Origin: Candidatus Multivoradales bacterium
Lineage (GTDB): Bacteria; Acidobacteriota; Thermoanaerobaculia; Multivoradales; J023
Reading direction: 5' to 3'
DNA length: 64,000 bases
Assembly (NCBI GenBank): GCA_965248925.1
Contig: CBDFLE010000006.1
Span: forward strand, 5,120,001 to 5,184,000
This document shows, piece by piece, positions 29,427 to 41,400 of this stretch (position 1 is the first letter of the stretch; each line of letters begins with the position of its first letter). Made by a program: the position numbers and the translations under genes. Below the pieces are notes generated by a model, which was given only the letters and a program-made list of their open reading frames with translations, did no database searches and was not told where the DNA came from.

Positions 29427-32400
29427 GTCGGCGCCAGCTTGAAGAACGCCTGCGCCAGCTACCCGCGGCCAAGCGGCAGCAGCTGCTCGGGCTGATGCGG
29501 CAGCGAGCGACTGCCGATCGGCTGTCGGAAAAAATTCCGCGCCGTCGTCAAGACGGCCCTTCGCCTCTGTCTTTTGCCCAGCAGCGGTTGTGGTTCCTGG
29601 ACCGCTTGACGCCGGATAACGCGGCCTACAACTTGCCTTTTGCGGTTCGCCTCGAAGGTCAGCTTGAAGTCGCGGAGCTCGAGGCGGCGATTCTTGAGGT
29701 AGTCAGCCGCCATCAGGTTCTGCGCTCGCGCTTCAGTACCGTAGGTGGCCAACCTCGGCAACAACCCGCCGCAATGGCTGAAGTCGGGCTGGCGCGGGTC
29801 GATCTAGGCCGCCTGACGGAGGCTGCAGGAGATCGCGAGCTGGCTCGTCGGCTCAACGATGAAGCTAGCCGTCCGTTCGATCTGCAGGCAGAACTCCCAT
29901 TTCGGGCTTGCTTAGTGGAATTGCGTAAGCACCATCATGTGGTTCTCTTTACCTTGCATCACATTGCTGCCGACGGCTGGTCGATGGGCAATTTGAGTGC
30001 TGAAGTGGCAGCTCTCTATGGTGCCTTGGTGGCCGGCGAAGAATCTGACCTTACAGCCTTGGAAGTTCAGTATTCAGACTATGCCGCCTGGCAGCGGGAG
30101 ACTCTCGAGGGCGAGGTTCTGCAAGCGCAGCTGGACTATTGGCGGCAATGTTTGAGCGGCGCTCCGCAAGTTCTGGAGCTGCCTACTGATCGGCCGAGGC
30201 CCGCCACCCAGAGCCTGCGCGGTTCGTTTCGCAAATTGCAGCTTGGGACCGACTTGGCAGTGGCCCTGGAGGGGTTGGCACAGGCTAGCGAAGTGACCTC
30301 CTTTATGTTGCTGATGGCGGCCTTCCAAACGCTACTCAGCCGGTACTGCGGCCAGACCGACTTGGTCGTAGGCTCACCGGTGGCCAATCGAGGCCGGCCC
30401 GAGTTGGAGCCGCTGATCGGCTACTTCGTCAATAACTTGGCGCTGCGGAGTGATCTGTCGGGCAATCCTGTGTTCGCCGATCTGCTCGCTAGCACCAAGA
30501 CCTCGGTGTTGGCTGCCTTCGATCACCAGGAGGTGCCGTTCGAGAAGCTAATCGATGAGTTCGGTTTGGAACGTAGCCTGAGCTATCCGCCGTTATTTCA
30601 AGTGGTGTTCGCTCTGCAGGCAGCCGCGCCAGAGCCGATCGCTATACCCGGTGGCCTGCGGATGAGCGCCATCGATCTTGACAGCTACAGCGCAAAATTC
30701 GAACTCACCCTATCGATGCAGCGCAGCAAGGACGGATTTCACGGCGGCTTGGAGTACGCCACCGATCTGTTCGACTCCACCACCGTCGACCGTCTGCTGG
30801 GGGCCTTTGCCAATCTGCTGCGGGGTCTGGTGAAACAGTCTCGCGCACGGCTCTGGGAGTTGCCTCTGCTGAGTGCCTCGGAGTGTTGGCAAGTGCGGAC
30901 GGAGTGGAGCGGAGGGGGCCTCGATCTGGTGCCACGAAACAACTTGATCGATTGTTTCGCGGCGCGAGTGGCGAACGGCCCTGAGCGCCTGGCCGTAGCC
31001 TGCGGCAGGCGCTCGCTGAGTTATGGCGAACTCGATCGAAGGTCAACAGAGCTGGCTGCCGAACTGGTCGAACGCGGTGCCTTGCCGGGGCAGCGGATCG
31101 CTCTATGTGTCGAGCGCGACGTCGAACTGGCGGTAGGTATCTTGGGGATTCTCAAGGCCGGTTGCGCCTACCTGCCGATCGACTCGAAGCTGCCGGCTGA
31201 GCGCTTGAGGTTCTTGCTCGAGGATGCTGCCGCTGAGTTGGTGGTGGCCGATCGGGCAGCCTCGACCGCGGCTCTGCCGACGAGTGTTGTTGCGCCGGTG
31301 CGGGTCGACCGGCTGACGGCTGCGAAGGTCACCGACTGGCGACCGGTCAGTGTGCCGCCAGAAGCGCCAGCCTACGTCATTTACACCTCTGGCTCGACCG
31401 GCCGACCTAAAGGGGTGGTGGTCAGCCACGCCAACGTCTTGCGTTTGTTCGACGCCTCTGAACGGTGGTTCAACTTCGATGCTTCAGATGTCTGGACGCT
31501 GTTCCACTCCTACTCCTTCGATTTTTCGGTGTGGGAGTTCTGGGGGGCGCTACTCTACGGCGGACGGCTCGAAGTCGTGCCCTATTCGGTGAGCCGATCG
31601 CCAGCTGATTTTCGCGCCTTGCTGACCGAGCGCGGGGTCACCGTTCTCAATCAAACACCGTCGGCTTTTCGCCAGCTCATCCAGGCGGACGAACAGGTTG
31701 GTGGGACAGCGGCGCTGCGGTTGCGGTGGGTGATCTTTGGCGGCGAGGCTCTTGAACCTCGCAGCTTGGCGGGCTGGGTCGAACGGCATGGCGATGGTCA
31801 CAGCGATGGTGGGGTGGTGGGCCGCCGCGGGCCGCGGCTGATCAACATGTACGGCATCACTGAAACGACCGTGCATGTGACCTATCGCCGCCTCACCCGA
31901 CGCGAGATCGAACTGGGTTTTGGCAGTGTCATCGGCGTGCCGATTCCCGACCTGCAAACTTTGGTGCTGGACCACCGGGGCGGTTTGGTGCCGATCGGTG
32001 TGGCGGGGGAGCTACAAATCGCGGGCGGAGGCGTTGCTAGCGGCTATCTCCACCGCGCGGCGTTGACGGCGATGCGCTTCGTGCCCGACCCGTACTCCCG
32101 CAAGGCTGGCTCGCGGCTCTATCGAAGTGGCGATCTCGGCCGCTGGTCAGGGCGTGGCGAGTTGGAGTACCTCGGCCGCATCGACTTGCAAGTGAAGGTT
32201 CGCGGTTTCCGCATCGAGTTGGGAGAGATCGAGGCGGCTCTCGCCGCGCACGCAAGGGTCGCCGAGGCGGTGGTGGTAGCTCGGCGAGAGGGCGGCGAGC
32301 GGCAGCGCCTGGTGGCTTATGTGGTCGGCGACGAACAGCTGCCGAGCGTCGGCGAACTGCGCTCCTTCCTCGCCGACAGCTTGCCGGAACACATGCTACC

Positions 32401-35400
32401 GGCGCACATCGTGGCCCTTGCCGCGATGCCCTTGACCGCCAATGGCAAGCTCGACCGGGGGGCCTTACCGGCGCCGAGTGAAGAGCGGCCAGATCTAGTG
32501 GCCGAGTACATTGAGCCGCGAACTGCCGCCGAAGCCGTGCTCTGTCGGGTCTGGGCCGAGGTGCTGGGAATCGAGAAAGTCGGGATCAACGACAATTTCT
32601 TCGCCCTTGGTGGCGATTCAATTCTCAGCTTGCGGGCAGTCGCCCTGGCCGGCGAAGCTGGAGTCCCGGTAGCGCTACCGGACCTGTTCCGATTTCAGAC
32701 GGTGGCTGAGTTGGGGGAGAAGATCGGTGACGCTCTTGAGCAATTCGAGGAGCGGCCTGCCACCGCGCCCTTCAGCTTGCTAAGCGAGGCTCAGCGGGCG
32801 GCTCTTCCGGACGACGTAGTCGATGCCTATCCCCTGACTTATCTGCAATCGGGGATGCTCTTCCACATGGAGCTGACCCCCGAGGAGCCCCTCTATCACA
32901 ACGTTGACAGCTGGCATCTTCGCGGACGGTTCGAGTTCGCCCCCTTCCGCCTTGCGGTCGACCGGGTGGTGGCTCGGCACCCGATTCTTCGCACCTCTTT
33001 CGATCTGGAGGCCGCGGAGGAACCTCTGCAGCGGGTGCACCGCCAGGCCCGGCTGCCGATCTCGGTGATCGATTTTCGCGGCCTGCCGAGCGATCTGCAA
33101 GAACTTCGCATCCAGAGCTTTCTAGGCCAGCAGAAACGCTGCTTGCTGGATTTCTCCCGCCCGCCGCAACTGCGCTTTTATATCCATCTACGCAGCGCCG
33201 AGACCTTTCAGTTCACTTTGATCGAGAACCACGCCATTCTCGACGGTTGGAGCTTGCACTCGACCCTGGCGGAGATGTTCGAGCTGTTCTTCGCCTTGCT
33301 CGACGGCGACGATCCGGCGATCGAGCCGCCGCTGAGCCTGACCTTCCGTGAGTTTGTCGAGCGCGAGCGCCAGGCCCTCGAATCCCAGGAGACGATCGAC
33401 TACTGGCAGCGCCAGCTGGCCGATTTGACCCTGCCGGAGCTGCCGTCGTGGCCGCTCGACGCGGTGTTCGAAGCGCCGCGGATCCGCTCCCACGAGGTGC
33501 CTCTCGAGGCGGCTCTCTTCGACCGCCTGGTAGCTTTGCAGCGCATTGCTGGTGTGCCGATCAAAAGCATTTTTCTGAGTGCCCACCTCAAGGTGCTCAG
33601 TCTGACCACCGGCCGGCACGAAGTGTTCACTGGGTTAGCATCGAACGGCCGCCTGGAGGAAGCCGAAGGCGACCAAGTACGTGGCTTGTTCCTCAATCTG
33701 CCGCCGTTGAGATTGCGCCTGCAAGGCGGCAGCTGGGTGCAGCTGGCGCGCCAGGTGTTTGCCGCCGAAACCGAGCTGTTGCCGCATCGTCTATATCCCC
33801 AGGCAGCTCTGCAGCGCCAGTTCGGGCAGCGGGCTCTGGTCGATATCAGCTTCAACTACATGCACTTCCACGTCATTGGCGAGCTGCTGCTCTCCGATCG
33901 GGTGGAAGTGCTCGACTCGACCAATCTCGGTGGCACCAACTTCAAGCTCACCGCCAATTTCGCGCAGAATATGGAGGGCTCGCAAGCCGGCTTGATTCTG
34001 GAGTACGACTCGCAAGCCCTGCCGCCGGCACAAGCCGCGGCGATCGGTGAACTCTACGGCAAGGTGCTGGCGGCGATGGCTGGCGAACCGGGCGGCAGCC
34101 ACCAAATGCTGGACTACCTGCGGCCCTCGGACCGTCATCGTCTGCTGGTCGAGCTCAACGACACTGGCTCGGACTATGAGGATCAGCTAAGCGTGCCGCA
34201 GCTCTTCGCGCAGCAGGTCGACGCCCGTCCCGACGCCATTGCCATCGGTGCCGGCTCGACCCAGTTGAGCTACGGTGAACTCGACCGGCGCGCCCGACGC
34301 ATTGCCCACCAGCTGATCGATCTCGGAGTCGAACTCGAAGACCCGGTCGGGGTCTGCTTGCGACGCTCGCCTGAGCTGATCGTCGCTCTGCTCGCCGTGG
34401 TCAAGGCCGGCGGCGTCTATATTGCCCTCGACCCCGAGTATCCTGTTGAGCGGTTGCGGCTGATGATCGAGGACACCGCGATGGCCGTCCTGGTCACCGC
34501 CAGTGACCTGAGCGAGCGCTTGCCCAGTGGTGCCGCGCAGCTGCTGTTGATCGACCGGGCCGAACACGGGACGAGCGCTGCCGTCAGGCGCAGTTCGCCG
34601 CTGATCGACGCCTTACCCGTCGAGGGTCTGTGTCTGTTGATCTACACCTCGGGTTCGACCGGCCAGCCCAAGGCCAGTGGCACCACTCACCGTGGGGTGG
34701 TCTCCCTGGTGCGTGGTGGCTCCCACTACGCCGAGCTGTTGCCGACGGACACCATGCTGCAACAAGCGCCGGTGTCTTTCGATGCCAGCGTGTTGGAGAT
34801 CTGGGGCATGCTGCTCAACGGTGGCAGAGTGGGGATTGGCAGCGCCGATCAGCTCGATCTCGACGAAGTCGCCACTGCGCTGATCGCACAGCGGGTCACG
34901 GTTCAGGTTCTAACCTCGGGGTTGTTTCGCCTGCTGGCCGAGGAGCGACTCGATTCGCTGGCCGGATTGCGGGACCTGATGACTGGTGGAGAAGCGGCCT
35001 CGGTGCCGCACATGAGGAAAGTTCTGCGAGCTTATCCGCGGTTGCGGCTGAGCAATGTCTACGGGCCGTCGGAAAACTCGACCTACTCGGCGGTCCAGAT
35101 GACCCGCCCTTGGCATCTCGGCGCTGCCTCGATGCCGATCGGCACGCCGGTGTCCAACCGAACGGTGCTGGTGCTCGATGGCTTCCTGCGGTTGGTGGCT
35201 AGCGGCGTTCCGGGTCGGCTCTATGTCGGTGGCCATGGTCTCGCCCGCGGCTATTGGCGCCGGCCTGGGATGACTGCCAGCGTCTTCGTACCCCATCCTT
35301 ATTCCAGGCAGCGCGGAGAGCGACTTTACGACACCGGTGATCTGGCGCGACTGCTGGCCGACGGCAGTCTGGACTTTCTTGGCCGGCAGGACCACCAAGT

Positions 35401-38400
35401 CAAAATCCGCGGCTTCCGCATCGAGCCGGGCGAGGTTGCGGTAGCTCTGATGGAGCTGCCCGAGGTAGGCGACGCGGTAGTGGTGGTGAGCCAGGGAGAT
35501 ACCGAGAAGCACCTGGTGGCCTATGTTGTGCCGACTGCTCCGGTCGCCGATCTCGAGCGGTGCTTGCATGCCGCGCTGGCCACCAAGTTGCCCACCTACA
35601 TGCTGCCGTCGGCCATCGTTGAACTGGCGTCGCTACCTCTCAGCCCCAATGGCAAGCTCGACCGGGAGGCTTTGCCGGCGCCTCGTTCGAGAAACCTCGC
35701 CAGCCCCCTGGTACGACTGCCGGAGAGTGCTGCCGAGAAGCTACTTGCCGAGATCTGGCAAGAGGTTCTGGTAGTCGACGGCTTGGGAGTCGACGAGAAT
35801 TTCTTCGAACTCGGCGGTCACTCGCTGCTGGCTACCCGAGTGATCTCACGGTTGCGGCGCTCGTTGAATATCGAGTTGCCGTTGAGCGCCTTGTTCGAGG
35901 AGCCCACCATCGGTGGCCTGGCGCGGCTCTTGGAACGGGATACTCAGAACGCTTTAGGGGCTTCGAGACGGATCGAGCGCCGTGCCGCGGGCCAGGAGCA
36001 GGCGCCGTCGTTTGGTCAACGCCGCTTGTGGTTCATCGACCAATTGAAGCCAGGTAATCCGGTCTACAACATCGCCAATGCTCTGCGTCTCGAAGGCCAG
36101 GTCGACAGCGCTGTGCTGGTCTACAGCATCGAGCGGTTGGTCGAGCGGCATCAGGTCTTGCGGACGGTCTTCCACGAGATCGACGGCCAGCCGGTGCTCG
36201 AGGTCCGCCCGCCAGGGACGCTGACGCTGCCCGAGATCGATCTGAGCGGCTTGCCGACAGCCTCGCAGTGGCCGGTGGTCCGGGAGCTGGCGGCTGGCGA
36301 AGCGTCAGCGCCGTTTGACTTGGGTAGCGATTCGGTGCTGCGGGTTACCCTGCTGCGCTTGGCGGCTGACGATCAGGTGTTGCTACTAGTGGTGCATCAC
36401 ATCGCCGCCGATGGTTGGTCGATGGACCTCATGATTCACGAGATCTCTGCCCACTATTCGGCAGCCGCCGCGGGTCAGCAAGCGCCGCTGCCGGAGCTAC
36501 CGATTCAGTACGCGGATTTCGCCGCCTGGCAGCAGGAGCTGCTGAGCAGCGCGGTCGGTGAGCAGCAGTTGCAGTTCTGGCATCGCACTCTCGACCAAGC
36601 GCCGGCCTTGCTCGAGCTGCCTCTGGACCGCCCCCGGCCGGCGGTTCAACGCCACCGTGGGGCGCGCTACGACTTCCAGGTGCCGGCCGCGCTGAGCGCC
36701 GCCTTGCGGGATCTTGGACAGCAGCTTGGGGCGACCCCGTTCATGATCTTGTTGACCGCCTTCAAAGTGCTCCTGGCGCGTCACTCGGGTCAGTCCGATA
36801 TTTCGATCGGAACGCCGATCGCTGGCCGCCGGATGTCCGAAGCAGAGAACTTGATCGGCTTGTTCGCAAACACTTTGGTGTTGCGCAACACCTTGCAGCC
36901 GGCGAATAGCTTCAGCTCTTTGGTGGCTGCTATTCGCGCGACGACCCTGGACGCTTACGAGAATCAGGATCTGCCCTTCGAACGCCTAGTGGAGGAACTC
37001 AAGCCGGAGCGAAGCCTGGCTTTCTCCCCTCTTTTCCAGGTCTTCTTCGTTTGGCTCGACGCCGCGGTGGGCGGTCAGCCGGCGGCTGTAGAGGCCTTGC
37101 GCTGGAGTTCGGTGGAGACCGGCCACACTACTTCGATGTTCGATCTTGCCCTGACCATGCACGAACGACAGGGCGCTTTTGTCGGTGAGTTCGTTTTTGA
37201 CACGGATCTTTTCGAAGCCAGCACTGTTCAGCGCCTGGCGGAGCGTTTTCGCGTCTTGCTCGACAGCGCGGTAGCGCGGCCGGGGATGCTAATTGCCGAG
37301 CTGTCGCTGCTGCCGGGGGCTGAAGTCGAACAGCTGCTGCTGCAGTTGGCGCCGGGGGCACCGCCGGTCGGTACGAGGCCCCGGTTCTTGCATCAGTTCT
37401 TTGGCTGTCAGGCAGCGCTCACTCCGGCGGCGGTGGCGGTCGTGCATGGTGACCGGCACTGGACCTACGCCGAACTCGATCAGCGGGCTACTGAGATTGC
37501 CGCTGGTTTGCAAGCCCGGGGTGTTGGACCGGAGGTGCTGGTCGCGGTCTGCGTCGAGCGCGGAGCGGAGTTGGTGGCGGCGTTGCTGGGGGTTCTCAAG
37601 GCCGGGGGTGGATACCTGCCACTAGATTCGGCTTACCCAACTAGCCGCTTGCGGGCGACCCTGCAGGACTCACGGGCAACCCTATTGCTGGTTGATGACG
37701 AAGCGACCGCCAAGCGTCTCGAAGGTACGGTTCAGTGGCTGCTGGTCAGCACCGTGGTCGCCGACCCTGACCGCTGGTTGGCGATGGATCTTGATCCCGA
37801 TCAGTTGGCCTATTCGATCTACACCTCGGGCTCTACCGGGCGACCCAAGGGAATTGGTATTACTCATGGCAGCGCTGCCCAACTGGTGGCTTGGGCCAGT
37901 GCTGAGTTCAGTGCCGCGGAACTCGAGGCGGTGCTGGCCTCGACCTCGGTGTGCTTCGATCTGTCAGTTTTCGAGATTTTCGTGCCGTTGTCGGTGGGGG
38001 GTCGGGTAGTGATGGTCAGTGACGCCCTCGAACTCGCTGAAGGTGGGGCCGGGGCCACGGTGACGTTGATCAACTCGGTGCCCTCGGCGATCAGCGAACT
38101 CAATCGACTGGAGGCCATACCGCCGACGGTGCGGACCCTCAACTTGGCAGGTGAGCCGCTGCGCGGTGAGCTCCTGCGGAGCTTGTATGAAGGCAGCTCG
38201 GTCGAGCGGGTGCTCAATCTCTACGGGCCGTCCGAGGACACCACCTATTCGACTTGGGCACAGCCGCTGCGCGCCAGCAGCGAGGAACCGCCGATCGGTC
38301 GACCGATCAGTGGCAGCAGTGTTTTCCTGCTCGACCCCCTTGGCCAGCTGGTGCCGATAGGCGTCGTCGGCGAGCTGCTGCTCGCCGGTGCGGGGTTAGC

Positions 38401-41400
38401 CCGCGGCTACCTTGGACGCCCAGCGTTGACCGCCGAACGCTTCGTGCCCGACGGCGTGAGCGGCCGATCGTCGGCCAGGATGTATCGCAGTGGAGACCTG
38501 GCTCGCTGGCGGGTCAACGGTGAACTCGAATTCCTCGGTCGACTCGATCACCAGGTCAAAGTGCGTGGCTTCCGCATTGAGTTGGGTGAGATCGAGGTAG
38601 CGCTGAGCGAAGTTGGCGGTGTCGACAGTATGGTCGTGGTGGCGGAGGGCAGCGCTGAGGCACGCCGCCTGGTGGCCTACGTCACCGGGCGGCTCGAAGT
38701 TGAGGAGCTGCGCCGTCAGCTCTCCCGACGATTGCCGGCCTACATGGTGCCAGAGGTCTTTGTGGTCCTCGAAGCACTGCCTTTGAACGTTAATGGTAAG
38801 ATAGATCGCGACTGTTTGCCGTCGCCGGCGGCCGAGTTGGTGGCGCGCGGTATGGTCTCGCGGTTACCGGAGAGTCCCACCGAGTTGCGGCTGGCGGCGA
38901 TTTGGCAAGAGGTTCTTGAGCTTGGAGAAGTCGGTGCCGAGGAGAGCTTCTTCACTCTCGGTGGGCATTCTTTATTGGCTACCCGGGTGATCTCGAGAGT
39001 GCGCACCGAGTTCGCTGCCGAATTGCCGCTGCGATCACTGTTCGAGACTCCGACGATCGCCGGTTTGGCCCGCCAAGTCGATCTGGCGCGGCAGCCCACC
39101 ACGTTGCCGGCGCTACGGCCGCTACTTCGCGGTGGCCCCTTGCCACTGTCTTTTGCCCAGCAGCGGCTGTGGTTCATCGATCAGCTCGAGCCGGGCAACT
39201 TGGTGTTCAACATTCCCATCGTGCTGCATGCCGAAGGGCCGCTGGAAGTGGCAGCGCTAGCGGCCTGCTTCACCGAAGTGGTGCGCCGGCACGAGGTTCT
39301 GCGTACTACCTTTGCCACCGAGGACGGGGAGCCGGTGCAAGTGGTGGCACGGCCTCGACCGGTGTCCTTGCCGCTGATCGATCTCTGTGCGCTGCGCGCC
39401 GCTGATCGCCAGCAGCAGACTGACCGAGCTACCGACCTCTGCGAGCGCCGGCCGTTCAATCTCGCCACGGGTCCTCTGGTGCGTTGTGCGCTAATCCGCA
39501 TGGAGCAGGGTCAACACCAGTTGCAGGTGACCCTGCACCATATCGTCAGCGATGCCTGGACTCTGGAGGTGCTGTACCAGGAAGTCGCCGCGCTCTACCA
39601 TGCCTTCAGTCAGCGGCAGCCTTCGCCACTGGCTGAGCTGCCGCTACAGTACGCCGATTATGCCGGCTGGCAGCGGCAGTGGTTGCGGGGCGAAGCGCTA
39701 GAGCAGCGCCTCGATTTCTGGCGTCACACCCTGGCTGGTGCTCCGCCTCTTTTGGAGCTGCCCTACGATCGGCCGCGGCCGGCGATGCAGAGCCACCGCG
39801 GTGGTTACCACCGCTTCACACTGAGTCAGCAAGTGGCGGCCACCGTGGGGAAGCTCGGGCAGAGCTTGACCGCCACTCCTTTCATCATCTTGCTGGCGCT
39901 GTTCAAGGGGCTCTTGGCTCGTTATTCGGGCGCCATCGACCTAGTGGTCGGAACCCCGGTAGCGGGGCGCGATCATCTCGAACTCGAGCGGCTGATCGGT
40001 TGCTTCATCAACACCCTGGTGCTGCGCACGGACCTGTCCGGCGATCCGAGTTCGCGACAGTTGGTGCAGCGGGTGCGCGAGGTTTTCTTGGCCGCTGACG
40101 CCCATCAGCAAGTGCCCTTTGAAAAGTTGGTCGAGGAGCTCGGCGTCGAGCGCAGCCTGACGCACTCACCGCTGTTCCAGGTGATGTTCCTGCAGCCGCG
40201 ATCGGCACTCGTTTCAAGCTCCCCGAACGAGGCTGAGACAAGGCCTGACGCCAGCCGTGAGGAGCTTTCCTGGAGGGTGGTGGAACGAGCCGGTGAGACT
40301 TCGCAATTCGACCTTACTCTGTCAGTGCAAGAGGACGCGGCCGGCGGCTTGGTGGGAACGCTGGAGTATTGCCTCGACCTCTTCGAACCGTCGACTATGG
40401 AGCGGCTAGCGCGGCACTACTCGAACTGGGTCGCGGGAGCTCTTGCTGACCCTGAGCTGACGCTGTCACAGCTCAGCATGCTGTCGCCCGTGGAGCGCTA
40501 CCAGCTGCGTTTTGAGCGCGCCTTGGGCGGCAGCACCGGCAGCGTGCCGTGGTCGACAGTACAGCAGGGGATCTGGCAGCAGGCGCGGTGCGCTCCACAG
40601 CGGCTGGCGCTGGTGGCTGATGATGTTCAGTTGAGCTACGCTGAGTTGGTCGGCGCGGCGGCGCGACTGGGCGAGCGGTTGCGACTGCTCGGGGTCGGCC
40701 CTGAGGTAGCGGTGGCTCTGTCGGTCGAGCGTTCTCCCGAGATGGTGGTGGCGGTGCTCGCGGTACTCGCCGCTGGCGGCTTCTACGTACCGCTCGATCC
40801 GGCTCTGCCGACGGCGCGCTGCGAGTGGATTGTCGACCAGGCTCGGCCGCGAGTCCTGCTCACCCGGGCAGCGTTGCGGCAGCGGTTTGCGGTGGGCGAG
40901 GCCGAGGTGTTGCTGCTCGACGATGTACTGTCCGCGCCGGCCGCCGCCGGTGACGCCACCGTCGCCGAGTTGCCGCTGCCGGCCGCTGGGGAGAGTGCGG
41001 TCTATGCGATCTTCACTTCGGGCTCGACCGGCCGGCCGAAGGGGGTCTTGGTCAGTCACCAGTCCTTGGCCAACTACACCGCGGTCGCTAGCCAGGTTTT
41101 TGTGGTGAGCGCAGAGGACCGGGTCTTGCAGCTTGCTTCGCTGAGCTTCGATGCCAGCGCCGAGGAGATCTTTCCGGCGCTGACACGTGGCGCGACTCTA
41201 GTGCTACGCGACGAAGCCATGATGGGCTCGGCCCGCGCTTTCTTTGCCGCCTGTCGTCGTCAGCGAGTGACCGTGCTCGACTTGCCGACAGCGCTGTGGC
41301 ACGAGTTGATGCAGGCGATGGAGGAGGAGGATCTGACCCTCCCCGGCACCCTTCGCCTGGTAATCCTGGGTGGCGAGGCGGCGCAGTCCGAGCCTTGGGC

